Positions 1 through 15,420 of a stretch of DNA of 64,000 nt are shown piece by piece; positions within the stretch are counted from its first letter, which is position 1, and every line of letters begins with the position of its first letter. Source of the DNA: the human T2T-CHM13v2.0 reference genome, Homo sapiens. A program made the translations under genes and the position numbers. The notes under the pieces are model-generated. The model was not told where the DNA came from, made no database searches, and was given only the letters and a program-made list of their open reading frames with translations. The stretch lies in NCBI RefSeq assembly GCF_009914755.1, contig NC_060934.1. One strand, 5' to 3'.

Positions 1-129
1 AAAAAGCCAAGCCAAGAAAGTTGCCAATGTCATGGAAAAGGGACATGTCAAGTGCAAGCAACTAAATCACCATAACTGATATCTGGCAATACTTTGATCA
101 GCTGGCAATATTTTGATCATAGTCCTACA

Positions 130-1025
130 TCAGAAGTTGGGATTGCCTTGTAGAAGGATGCTGTAGTCACATTAGCTGCTTTTCTTTTTAAAATCAGAAC
201 TCTTTGTTTCTTAGATCTGAGTTAGGGTTCTCATTTAATTGGTACTAACAACTGTTCATTAGGTAATCCAACGATTTTATCTTTTTCTTGAAGATTTCCC
301 CTCTTGAGTGCCTTTCCTGTTTTAAGGCAGGCTGGTTGATTTATAGGGAGACTACCCTATAGGGTCTCTCTAGTCACCTTTCCTTTCTATTCACATTGTC
401 CTTCCATCTTTCTCCTGAGTGGATCCAGTTTCTTCCTTTTACTTCGTTTATTCCATAATTTTGATAGAACTCACTCTCCAGTAGCTTCCTCTGATAATGT
501 TGTGATTTTAGCGTGTGCTTTTAATTATTTGAGAAATTGCTTGTCTAACAATGTCTTTATTCCATTGCAGACTAGATTAATATTTTGCTGTGTATAGACT
601 AGATTAATATTTTGCTGTATATAGAATCCTAGGTTGGAAGTAATTTTTTTCCTCAGAAATTTGAAGGTATTGCTCCACCACCAACTTCTAGGTTCTCTTA
701 TTGTTTTTGATAAGTATAATGTTATTCTGATTCTTGATTTTTAAAATGTAATCTGTTTTTTTCCTTTCCTGTAGAAGCTTTTAGGATCTTCTCTTTATGG
801 TCAGGGTTCTAAAATTTCATGGCAGTATTTATTGGTACAAGTCTTTGTGCTTGTTTGTTTTGCTGCTGGAGCACTTTGATGGGCTTTCTCAATATGGAAA
901 TTTATGTCCTTCAGTTCTGATAATTATGATAAAACTTATTTTTGAATTTCTTTTTCCTATCTTATATTGTCTGTTCTTTCTTTCTCAAACTCCTATTTTA
1001 GGGATTTTGGACACCTTAAAGTGAT
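130..1025 (-). mobile_element. Ancient L1M fragment (ORF1-region-like); probably continues to ~3000 past the MLT1 insertion
   Basis: T-rich degraded sequence resembling antisense old L1 ('agaatcctaggttgg...tttgaaggtattgctcca', 'agcttttaggatcttctcttt'); boundaries approximate. Confidence 0.55.
569..625. repeat. 27-bp tandem duplication
   Basis: agactagattaatattttgctgt(g/a)tat twice, one mismatch. Confidence 0.95.
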
Positions 1026-1035
1026 CTTGTGTGGT

Positions 1036-1809
1036 GTGGAAGATTGATTCTAAAGATAGTGCTTGGCCAGGTGAGGTGACTCATGCCTGTAATCCCAGCA
1101 TTTTTGAGGTGGAGGCAGGTGGATCACCTGAGGTCAGGAGATTGAGACCAGTCTGACCAACATGGTGAAACCCCGTCTCTACTAATAATACAAAAATTAG
1201 CTGGGCATGTTGGTGGGCACCTGTAATCCCAGCTACTCAGGAGGCTGAGGCAAGAGAATTGCTTGAATCCGGGAGGCAGAGATTGCAGTAGCCAAGATCA
1301 CACCATTGCACTCCAGCCTGAGTGATAGAGTGAGACTCCGTCTCAAAAGTAAAAAATAATAAATAATTAAAGACAATGCTCAGTGATACCTCCCAAACCT
1401 TATGTGCATGCTATTCCTCACATCAACAAATGAAATCCATGTTCCCTTTCCTTGAATCTGGGCTGATCTTGTGACTTGCTTTAATCAATAGAAAGTGGCA
1501 GAAGGTATATGGGATTTCAAGACCAGGCCATAAGGGTGCTAGACACTTCTACTTCCTACATTTTTTTTATGTAAAGATACTTGGCGCGGATTACCTCATA
1601 ATGAAAGGTCATGTGGAAAGAGGCCTTAGAGGGTGAAAGGACATCTTGGAATATTGAGCCCTGGCCAAGTTACCAGGTGAGTGTAGCAAAAGAGCAGAAG
1701 ACATGCTAAACTGAACCCAGTCAACCCACAGAACATTGAGAAATAATAAATTGTTTTAATTCACTAAGTTTTGGGGTAGTTTGTTATAAAATATTAAATA
1801 ACTGAAACA
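1036..1809 (+). mobile_element. MLT1 (G/H-like) MaLR solo LTR, interrupted by an Alu
   Basis: 'ccttgaatctgggctgatcttgtgacttgcttt' and 3' end 'ctaagttttggggtagtttgttat...taactgaaaca'. Confidence 0.8.
1065..1367 (+). mobile_element. AluS (Sx-like)
   Basis: Full dimer, A tail, degenerate TSD taaagatagtgct/taaagacaatgct. Confidence 0.95.
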
Positions 1810-2061
1810 CCCTCTAATTCTCTAGAATTTTTCTTTCCCATGTCCCATTTCTTTTTCTTTCTTTGAATTCATCCATTTATCCTTTCTGGGAGGGATTCCA
1901 CTTTCTGGGTTTATTTCTCCTTGTTAACTTTTCTGTTATAGGTTACCATTGTCACGTTTTTAGTTCTTTTTTTTTTTCTTTTAAATTTTTAAATTGCTTT
2001 CTGTTCTTGTTTCATGGATACAAAAGTCTTTTTTTTTTTTTTTAAACTCTTTAAGGAATTT

Positions 2062-2200
2062 TTAAAGCCTTTTTCTTTTCCTGTAGAGATGGGATTTTGC
2101 TATGTTGCCTAGACTGGGCTTGAGCTCATGGCCTCAAGTGATCCTCCCACCTCAGCCTCCCAAAGTATTGGGATTAAAGGCTTAAGCCACTGTGGCCAGC
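2062..2200 (-). mobile_element. Alu left monomer (FLAM-like)
   Basis: Left arm only; TSD taaggaattt at 2052-2061 and 2201-2210. Confidence 0.9.
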
Positions 2201-3365
2201 TAAGGAATTTAATTATAGTTAGAAAATTCATTTGAAATTTGTTTCTGTTTCTTCTGAAGTCCACTTTTTGTTTGCTTGTTTTGGTCTCTGTCTTTCCTAT
2301 TGAGACATTCCTCAAGTGTTTAGTGATCTTCCTCTCTTATTCCCATTTAATTTTCAAGTAGCAAGAAATTGATTGGAAACCATATCCTGGATGGGCCTTA
2401 TCAATTGCTGGACTTCACTGTATGATTATGAAACTGGGCTATTTCAGTGGGTACCGTCAATTCTATCTGTAGGACTTTTCTTTTAGCCTCTTTAGGCTTC
2501 CTGGAAAGAAATCCTCCAGGGAATTAGAATCAGAGTAAAGAAGGGGGGGGGGCTATGATCGTTACCATTCAACATGTAGATTTTTCAGTATGGAACCTCT
2601 CACTGTTTTGTGGTGTTGGCATGTACTATTTCTGCTCTCACCTATGCCTAATATCCCAGAATTTGAAGTCTCTCCGTAGAATAAGCGCTTAATCCTAATC
2701 AGCAGTCACCCTGCTACATGGGGTGGGGAACAGTTTCCAAGGCTGTAACTGCTTTTTATACAGATTTTCGATGAATTCTCTTGTTCTTAGTTCTATACTC
2801 CTTTCCCCCAAACCCACCTCCTGGTTCAGAAGTAAATGTTATCTCTAATTCTTGAACTATTTTAGGGTCTTGACGTCCTAATCAGCCAAATTTTGAAGTT
2901 TTCATGCCAGAGACATAGATCTCAACTTTCCCTAGTCTATTAAAGTAGTAATTTATGTGTTTTCTGGCCTCCAAACTGCTACTGCTGGTCTCTTCCCCTG
3001 CTGTATTTGTCAGCTTATGACTTTCCTTTTTCATGGATTTACTGCCATTTTAGTGGTGCCAAAACAGCAATCCAGTGGTGTGACCTGGGAATCGTTTCTG
3101 GTGCTAGCCTCTAAAGTCGATCCCTGGCTTTCCTGGAGAATATTTTGTCCATTTATTATCTCTTAATAAATTTATTTTATGCTTAAACTTGTTGAGAGTT
3201 ACTTTTATTATTTGCAATTAACAATCCTGATTAATATATTACTAAATGATGATTACAGGTAAAAGTAGTGATACTGACGTCAACTACTATAGAGTAGGTA
3301 AATATTTCTAAGTTGGTTCATTAAACTTAAATAGTTTTAGCAAAAACAAACAAAAATCTTTGTTC

Positions 3366-3655
3366 AGCAGGGCACAGTGGCTCATGCTTGTAATCCCAGC
3401 ACTTTGGGAGGAGAGCTTGAGGCCAAGAGTTCAAGACCAGCCTGGTTAACATAGGGAGACCTCTCTACAAAAATTTAAAATATTAGCAAGGCATGGTGGT
3501 GCATGTCAGTAGTCCCAGCTATTTGTGAGGCTGAGGCAGGAATATTGCTTGGGCTCAGGAATTTGAGGTTGCCGTGAGCTATGATTGTGCCACAGGTCTC
3601 CAGTCTGGGTGACAGAGGAAGACCTCGTCAAAAAAAAAAAAAAAAAAAAAAAAAA
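3366..3655 (+). mobile_element. AluJ
   Basis: Diverged dimer, long A tail, TSD-like aaaaatctttgttc/aaaaatctgtggtc. Confidence 0.93.
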
Positions 3656-4024
3656 TCTGTGGTCCAATACTTATAGTAAATGTGCCTTCCATATTTCCTT
3701 TTTATAGATTTATAATGCATATTAGCCAATTAATCCTACATTAGGGAAACTCATTTCAACTTTGCGTAACCCTTTCTTCCCAAACTTCTTTATCAAGGAA
3801 AGGAAAACTTGTAAATATTTTGCAGGAAACAGTTCAAAAATATTGGAATAGGTGAATATAAGCTGGAGAATTTAGAGCAGTTTAATGGGTCCTAAAATAG
3901 TGCTTCTAAACCATGTATGTTTGGTTTTTGAAAAATCAAGAAAAAACAGTGAAAGTGCAACATAAAATTTGTAGAGATGCAGCCATAGTGGAATTTAGAA
4001 ATGTATGGCCTGAACTGTGTTTAG

Positions 4025-4052
4025 TATGTATGTATGTATGTGTGTGTGTGTG

Positions 4053-4094
<42 letters not shown>

Positions 4095-4160
4095 AATCAT
4101 CTATTGTCTGTCTGTCTCTATCTGGATGTGGACGTACATCTATCTCTCTCTCTATATATA
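4025..4160. repeat. Compound microsatellite (TATG)n(TG)n(TCTA)10
   Basis: Read directly; uninterrupted TCTA at 4053-4092. Confidence 0.97.
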
Positions 4161-5456
4161 TGTATTAAAATAAATGAGCAAGTGTTCAGTTAAAGAAACT
4201 AAAAAGAGAACTAGTAAACCCAAATACAGATTTAGGAAAAAAGGAAAATACCAACAAACATTCATGACTAAAGTACATTTCTACATCAGTCACAACCATA
4301 GGTTAACTATGAATGTGAAAATTATGCAAAAAAAAATGAAAGCATTCTGTGAAATCAAAAATTTACAGTAAAACGTATTATTTATTTTTATTTGTAATTT
4401 TGTGTTACAGATTGTTTATATCAGTAAAATTTATAATAAACTTATATGTACACATACAAACTTTTTCAGAGAGCCACTTCCTACCACTGCACTATGTGGC
4501 AAACACATGGTATTACCTTTCTAAAATCTGAAAATATTTGAATTCCACAACCCAATTACCCTATGGGTTTTAGAAAAGCAATTGTGAACCTATTCATTTT
4601 AGCATAACATAGTTTTCTAGTCTAACAAAAAAGATGTGAAAAAAATAGTATTTCTACTGGGTTGAGTGGCCTAATCTGAATGATTCCGTTTCCCAATTTG
4701 ACAAAATTTAAGATTATCTATATTTGTTTTAAATGTTATAAAGCTCAAGTAGCAGAAGTTTTCAGGAAATAATTTTACTTGCCCTCGATATTACCTTTTT
4801 TCTGGAACCATCTTTCCAATTTGCTTGAGATTTTAAACGTAATTGGTTGACATTATAGTTAAACAACTGCCAAGTCAACATGGGTCATTACCAGAAAATA
4901 ACACCATTTCTTGTAAATTCCACATATGTGTAGGATTCTTCTCTATTAAAGTAATGTAATGTAATCCTAACAGATCATTACAGCTTATTTTTTCACAGTA
5001 TTCTGTATATTTTCCAGAAAAAGAGTCATCAGTTCAAGAGATACCCCCTTTTCCCTTAAATGCTGTTGCCTACTATGAAGAAACACAGAACATCTTTCTC
5101 TTGAGAAAAGTTGAGTATAACAATATTTTACTGGCATCAGAAAGAAGAAAAATATTAGTTTAAATCAGGTCAAGAGCATAAAATTTATTTGGCTGGCCAA
5201 AAGCAGTACCAAGATAAAATTTTATTTTAGGGAGAAAACAATCAAAGCTAAAATATCCTTTGAAATATAAAGGTCATTCTTGTCAAAGAAAAAAAATATA
5301 GGAGCTTTATAACTTTGAAAACGGTTACACATATATTATTGGATTTTATTTTCCCAAGACCTCAGAAAGGTGACAGTGCCAAGTGAATGGTCTAGAAGTA
5401 ACTTTTTGTCCATGAACTCAGTTGGTCAAACTTAAGACCTCCTCACCTGCTAATCA

Positions 5457-5829
<373 letters not shown>

Positions 5830-6335
5830 CTATTTTTCCAGTGACCAGAGATTTGGTCTTCTCCCTCCAGTATTCTTCATTTTTTCTATGATGGTATTTA
5901 GGAAATGGAATGAACAGTCAGTAATTTATCTGATGAATACAAAGATAAACCAAAAAGATAAAAATAATTTTAAGGGACATTTCACTCACAATGATTGGTA
6001 TCTGCCTCACAATAAAGAATGCCTCTTTAATGAACAGAATATTCTTATCTGTTTGACTCAAGGTCATTCTTCTCTGGACAGCGTTGAACATACACTGCTA
6101 AATCTTGATCTTTGGGCGTCAGTTCACTGCACTTAAAGATCACACACTTTGGGTGAACAAGTTTCTTTTTCATATTTGTTACAAAACAAAAAAGTTATAG
6201 CCTTGGTCGTTATGAAGCTTATGGAGACCTTAGATAAGTAATTCAACTTATTAGAATATTGTGTGATAAATACTATAATCAGGACCAGACAGAAACATAG
6301 CATGGCCTGAGAAAGCTAATTAGGTATTTGGTTTC

Positions 6336-6694
6336 TGATATGGTTTGGCTGTGTCCCCACCCAAATCTCATCTTGAATTTTAGCTCACATAGTTCCCACA
6401 TGTTGTAGGAGGGACCTGGTGGGAGATAATTGAATCATGGGGGTGCTTTTCTGCATACTGTTCTCATGGTAGTAATAAGTCTCACGAGATCTGATGGTTT
6501 TATAAGGGGAAACCCATTTTGCTTGGTCCTCATTCTCTCATCTGCTGTCATGTAAGACATGCCTTTCACCTTCTGCCAGAATTATGAGGCTTCCCAAGCC
6601 ACGTGGAACTGTGAGTCCATTAAACCTCATTTTCTTTAAAAATTACCCGATCTTGGGTATGTCTTTATCAGCAGCGTGAAAATGGACTAATACA
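6336..6694 (+). mobile_element. THE1 MaLR solo LTR
   Basis: Starts tgatatggtttggctgtgtccccaccc, ends ggactaataca; TSD gtttc/gttcc. Confidence 0.95.
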
Positions 6695-7299
6695 GTTCCC
6701 TTTCAAACAGATGTTTTTAAAGTATTTGTTCCACTTTTCTTTGGGGAAAGATCACAGTTTTGCACAGACTACTGCACCACAAGCACGGTGCAGTGAAGGA
6801 TGAGGAAGGATGTCTGCTAGCAGAGTATTGTTCTAAGCAGCTCAGCTCTGACTTCAAGCTTGCACACCTAACTAGCAGAACAAAAACAGAAACTAACCAA
6901 ACTTACCCTCTTTGAAAGGTATTTTAAAAGTGATTTATTACTATTCAAGCATATTCCTGGGTCATTTTAGCCTTCTCATTCCTAGAAGCTTGTCACAGTA
7001 ATCTCCCTACCACATAGAGTATTGATCTGCAACATTCCTAATGACGTTTACATTTTCTTGAGGATTGGAGCCCTGGACAATTGCCTGCTGGTCCTTTCCT
7101 AATCCCCTTCAGGCTATGATGGTGTTTTACACCTGAGGCTATGGGAGGGGAGCCAAGAAAAGAAACATCAAAATCACACTGTGAGATTAAAGAAGGCAGG
7201 CATTCTGAGGAAACAATCCCGTGCAAGCCAAAATTTAAAGCCAAGTGACAGTTACACCGGCAAATTGGTGGCTGGAGGAGAGAGCATGGCATGGGGCAT

Positions 7300-7680
7300 G
7301 TGCTGTTCACTTTGCCTGGAACAAAGAGTGCCTGTATGGAGTTGTGAAGATGAAGCTAGAAAATCAAGCAGGATCCATGAGTGTACACTTTTCTGAAAGC
7401 TATGAGGTGTCACTGAAGGATTTTAAGTAGAATGCCATAATCCTCTTTATTTTAGAAAGATCATTTTTGCAACTTAGTAGTGATGGAGAAATTAAGACTC
7501 ATGGGCCTGAGACCAATTAGGAGGACATAGCACGGACTTAAGAGGTGGAACCAGAAAGCAGTTGGCAGGTTCAAGAAATATTTAAAAAGTAGCTTTATAG
7601 GATTTGGTGACAAATTAGATGAGAAAGGCATGCAGAGAAATTCTGGCTTGGAAAATGAAGAACAGAGTAGGGAGAAGATA
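7300..7680 (-). mobile_element. L2 fragment
   Basis: Purine-rich L2-like phrases ('ctgaaggattttaagtag', 'aggatttggtgacaaattagat'); approximate. Confidence 0.55.
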
Positions 7681-9524
7681 TTGACTGTTCTGCATGTCTA
7701 GCTCATCAAACATTTAATTTTCACTTTTATTTCCCATTGCATCTTAAAATAAATGATTTCCAAACCCTCTTCCAGGAAGAGAAAGTAAAATGACTCAATT
7801 ACTAATGAAAGCATCTGGAAATTTGGAGAACTTTTACCTCCAAACATGAATTTCTATTTCTGCCCCTAACTAACTTCTAAAGCTGTTTTGCTCTTCTTTC
7901 CTTTTGTCTTTCCTTATCATTTCCTTAAAATGACCTCCTAGATGACCTCCTAGATCCTGCTTGTTTACTTTAAACATTTTCAAGTTGGAATTCAGGATTG
8001 ACTTCACTTCATTGTTCCCTGAGCAGCTGCCATCCCTGTTCATTTCAGCTTTAGCATTTATATGCCGTTTATGACTCCTCTCTGGTTAACTTGCTAAGAT
8101 CCTGAATTTCTTTCTCATCGTTATCATTTTCACAATTTAATCATAAATTTCTTTAAAAGGGTAAATTCTCAGTTAATTGACTTCTTGTTATGCTTCATTC
8201 TGATAACTAGCAGTAAAATAGATCCCACAATAAACCACTGAATTTTAAGCTTATTGGGCAGCCTTAATGGAACATTTTAATTTGCAGTCACTTTCTAAAT
8301 TACATACTATAATACGATACTTCCAGTTCTCTCTAGGTACCATTTTTCTTCAATATCTATTCTCAATTGTCTTGTGAATTGTTTTGTTTATTATAGGATA
8401 GGGTATCATAGGAAATGATGGTTTCCTTTTAAAAGGAACTGTTGTTTGACTCTTTTGGTAATCAAGAAAAGTGACCAAAGTCTGATAACTGTCTGAAAGA
8501 TTTCCGTGAAATTTACACTTTAAGTAGACATGGAACTGTGTTATGTCCTCACTTTCCTACCTGTGTTACAGGGCTGAGTGTGCCTGTCTGTCGTATCTCC
8601 ACTTATGATAATACATGAACTAAGCATTAGACATTTGTTTTACTTTTAGGAGGCATAGGCTTACAATTTAACTTCATTATAGTGACAGCAAGCATCCTTC
8701 TTGTCTATACAGACATCTGTTTATAACTCTATAAAATTGATATATGCCCTTTATGAGGATCTAATAAAATAACGTGTGTAAGGAGGGTTTTAAAGGATAC
8801 ATCATATTATTCTTATGAGTGCTGTTGCTATTACTGTCAAATTTGGAGAGAACTCATCTTAGGAAATCTGTTATCTCTTTAATAATGGCAGCTTCCTTTT
8901 CTGGCAATGATTTTAATGTAACCAGGAAGAATCCCTACAACCCTGTTTTAGGTTGATGTCTGAAATGAACGCTGGTTATCAGCACCTGAACCGAATGGGA
9001 GAATATGATTTTAAATGCATACTATGTTTTTAAATGAATGGTAAAAGGTATCTGTTTCTCATAATGTTAACTATGTGAAATGACCTGAAGTTGCTTATTT
9101 AGGACTTGGAATGAGAAAGATTCAATAGTTGTCAAAGGTTGTGTGAGTTATTTAAATAAAAATGTGTACAGTGAGAATTACTGAGATCACCTTGATAATT
9201 TGTTGTATGGTAGATGTCTCTATATTGAACTCAAAATTTTTACTGCCATGAATTATTAGAGTCATTTTAGCAGAACATTGTTTTAAATTATTTGCCCTGT
9301 TACTGTGGATTTTCAAATATACCTTTGTAAAATGAATTTAAGTCTACATTACAATTTTAAGTGTCAGAATGACAAAGCTTTAAACATTTTTTTTCTTATA
9401 ATAGGATCTTGGTGACTGATATCCACTTGGAAATCAAATTCATTAAGCTTTATTTGAATACCTCAATTCAGTCTTTTCAGTAGGGACAGTTTTGCTGTTG
9501 TACTGTCATTCAAAATGATTGCTG

Positions 9525-9814
9525 GGCCAGGCACAGTGGCTCACACCTGTAATCACAGCAGCTTGGGAGACTGAGGCAGGAGGATCGCTTGAGCCCAGGA
9601 GTTTGAGAGCAGCCTGGGCAACATGGCAGTACCCCATCTCTACAAAAAATACAAAAATTAGCAGGGTGTGGTGGTGCATGCCTGTACTCCTAGCTACTCT
9701 GGAGACTGAGCAGAGAGAATCACTTGAGCCCGAGAGGTGGAGGTTGCAGTGAGCAGAGATTGTGCCACTGCATTCCAACCTGGGGGACAGAGTGAGACCC
9801 TTGTTTCAAAAAAA
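9525..9814 (+). mobile_element. AluJ
   Basis: Dimer with J-type 'ggaggatcgcttgagcccaggagttt'. Confidence 0.94.
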
Positions 9815-9909
9815 GCAAAGGTCACTAAGTGGTCATTGCTTATTCTGACATTGCTTATTATCTAGCTATGTGCAGTGCATACCTTGTTAAGATTTTCAAC
9901 TGAAAGTAT

Positions 9910-10578
9910 TATTTCAGTCATCTACTGCTGCATGACTATCACAAAACAGTGGCTTAAAGCAACCACCATTTGTTGATGACCCTGTGGATCAGGAATCTAT
10001 GCAGAACTCAGTGTAGAAGGCTTATCTTTTTGTTCCACATGGTTTCAGCCAGGAAAGCTCAACTGGAGCTGGAGGATCCAAAATAGCATGGGTGCAGCAC
10101 ACCAACATGGCACATGTATACATATGTAACAAACCTGCACATGTACCCTAGAACTTAAAGTATTAAAAAAAAAAAAAAAAAAGTAGCTTCACTCTGGAGT
10201 CTGGGCCTTGGTGCTGGCTGCTGGCCGTGGTACGTACTCTGTTCTTCTCTGTGTGTCCTCTCTCTTTTATGGTCTCCCATCCTCAGGGGCCTCTCTCCTC
10301 ACTTGGCTTCTCTTTCCAGTAGAGTAGCTTTTACATAATTGCTGGGTCCCAAAAGCAGAAGCAGAAGCTACAAGGCTGCTTAAGGTATAGGCTCAAAAAT
10401 CCCAGAACATCATTTCTGCTGCATTCTAGCGGTCAAAGCAAGCTGCAAGGCCAGCTAGATTCAAGGTGTGGGGAAACAGATTTCACTCCTTGATAGAAGG
10501 AGTGGTGAAGTCACATGACAAAGGTGTGTGGACTAGGGAGGTATGATTCATTGATGCCACTTTAAACACTCTACCACA
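9910..10578 (-). mobile_element. MLT1 MaLR solo LTR
   Basis: 'agtggcttaaagcaac', 'catttctgctgcattctagcggtcaaagcaag', ends ctaccaca; TSD agtat/ggtat. Confidence 0.8.
10088..10179 (+). mobile_element. Extreme 3' end of an L1PA inserted in the MLT1
   Basis: 'tgggtgcagcacaccaacatggcacatgtatacatatgtaacaaacctgcac...agaacttaaagtat' plus A tail; TSD aaaatagc/aaagtagc. Confidence 0.92.
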
Positions 10579-10594
10579 GGTATATTAAATGGGA

Positions 10595-10892
10595 TTTTTT
10601 TTTTTTTTTTTTGAGACCGAGTCTCGCTCTCTCCCAGGCTGGAGTGCCAGTGGCGTGATCTTGGCTTACTGCAAGCTCCGCCTCCCAGGTTCACGCCATT
10701 CTCCTGCCTCAGCCTCCCTAGTAGCTGGGACTACAGGCGCCTGCCACCACGCCCGGCTAACTTTTTTTGTATTATCAGTAGAAACGGTTTCACCGTGTTA
10801 GCCAGGATGGTCTCGATCTCCTGACCGCGTGATCCACCCACCTCGGCCTCCCAAAGTGCTGGGATTACAGGCGTGAGCCACAGCGCCTGGCC
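10595..10892 (-). mobile_element. AluY
   Basis: Y-type 'gcaagctccgcctcc', 'ttcacgccattctcc', 'ttagccaggatggtctcgatc'; many CpGs kept; TSD taaatggg. Confidence 0.93.
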
Positions 10893-11429
10893 CTAAATGG
10901 GCTTTTCAAGAGGAACTCACTTCAATCAAGAAGACATGGCTTTTTGGTCACGATTTGAGAATTTTAACACTAAGATGAAATAATGTTGAAAAGAATACTA
11001 ATTTCTGAACCTAAAAGTAGTTTGACCATTTGGTTTTCCTACTTAGACCAAGTTGGTTTATTGTCTTTCTTACCTTAATGAGAACTTGCTGTGTAAATTC
11101 AGAAACATACATAAGTGCATCCTTTTAATAGTCTGCTGTTAACACTTAACAAGATTGTGGACATCTTTATATGTCAATAAATATATGAGTAAGATGTGTA
11201 ATGGCTGCCTAGTATTTATATAGGTACACAATAATATATTGAACCCTTCCTCCAAAAAATGTTTATTATTTACAGTTTTTGCTGTTTTAGACAACACTGT
11301 AAATAGCATCCTATGTGTACATTTTAGTCACTTTTTTTTCATTTATTCACGACCAATTCCTAGCAGTGGAATTCTAAGATAAAGGGCGTGAATGTTTAAA
11401 ATTTTTCATGCTGCCCTTCTGAAAGTAAT

Positions 11430-12022
11430 TTCTTCCACTGTCTTCTGGTTTCTATGATTTGGATGAGAAACTGCAGTGATTCAGATCATTGTTTCCTTGT
11501 ATGTCCTGTGTCTTTTTTTCCTAGCTGTTTTCAAGGGCTGTTTTCTGTGCCTTCTTTTCAGCAGTTAAATTTTCATATGTCTAGCCATGCCCTTCTTTGA
11601 ATTTATCCTGTTTGGAGTTTGCTAAGCTTCTTGAATCTACACATTTATGTCTTTCACCAAATATTGGAAAGCTTTTGGCCAATATGTCTTCAAATATTTT
11701 TTGTGTCTCAATCTCTTTCTCTTATCTTTCTAGAATTCTAGTTACATATATACTAGATGTTTTCATGTTGTCAAACAGGTCCTGAGGCTTTGTTAATTTT
11801 TTCTCTGTTATTTTGTTTTACAGTCTTTTTCTCTGTGTTCTTCACATTAGATAATTTTGATGGATCTATTGTCAAGTTTACTGACTTATTCCTCTGTCAT
11901 CCCCATTCTTATGAGCTCACCCAGTGATTTTCTTATGTCAGTTATTACCTTTTTCAGTTCTAAATCTCCCATTTGGTTCTTTTCATTGTTTTTATTTGTC
12001 TGCTGAGATTTTCCATTTTTTG
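11430..12022 (-). mobile_element. Ancient L1M fragment (ORF1-region-like)
   Basis: 'atttatcctgtttggagtttgctaagcttcttgaatct...tcttcaaatattttt'. Confidence 0.7.
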
Positions 12023-12029
12023 AGAGACA

Positions 12030-12817
<788 letters not shown>

Positions 12818-12849
12818 CTGAAAAAATTTTTAAGTCAGAAATTAGTTCA

Positions 12850-13320
12850 AAATATAAAGTTAAAAAAATCCTCAAGATCATGAAAATTAAGAAATGACCT
12901 GAAAACTATACAAAATGGAAGAGCACCTGGGCCAGGTGTGGTGGCTTATGCCCATAATCCCAGCGTTTTGGGAAGTTGGGGGTGGGAGGATTGCTTAAGC
13001 CCAGGAGTTCAAGGCTGCAGTGACTTATGAGCACACTACTCTAGTGTGGGTGACAGAGTGAGACTGTCTCAAAAAAAAAAAATTAAAAATTAAAAGGTGG
13101 AAGAAATGTAAATGCAGTGCATGATCTGAACTTAATCCTAAACCTATTTGGGACAATATTAGGACAATCAGCAAAATTTGAGAGAAATATTTGGATTAGG
13201 TGGTAATAATAGATCACTGTTAATTTACTGATTTTAAAGATTATGTTACTGTTATATGTGAGAGCGGCATTATGTTTCAGAAATAAACATTGAAGTATTA
13301 AGGGAGAACAAGGCACCAAA
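12850..13320 (+). mobile_element. Second L1MC/ME 3' UTR fragment, interrupted by an Alu monomer
   Basis: 'aaatgcagtgcatgatctgaac', 'agaaataaacattgaagtattaaggg'. Confidence 0.6.
12930..13082 (+). mobile_element. Alu monomer (FAM/FRAM-like)
   Basis: Single arm ending gactgtctc plus A tail. Confidence 0.88.
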
Positions 13321-13689
13321 ATTAGGTTTGAAAATTTGAGATGAAATATGGAGAAAAGGAATATAATTCCACCACATTAATGTAATTGCCATTACCATCT
13401 TTTCTCCCCTTTCTACACAGAATAAAAGGAAGTGCTTTTAGTTTTAGTTAACAATAAAACCACTCTGAAAGTTTTCTACTCTGGGATTTCTCAAAGCCAC
13501 TGAAATAAAATTATAAGAAGATGTAATGGAATAAATTTAAAATATTGTTAGTTATGCATGTTTTTATATCAATAGAATTGTGTGAAAGCTTTTTATGTTC
13601 TAATTATAATTAATTTTTAATTGTTGAATCTCTAATTAAAAATTAGTCATCATTTATACCTTTTCCCATCCTTGTTCCTGTGTATATAA

Positions 13690-15420
<1,731 letters not shown>

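Noticed and set aside
41-61. p53-like element GGACATGTCA plus neighbouring decamer
   Set aside because: The second half-site is poor
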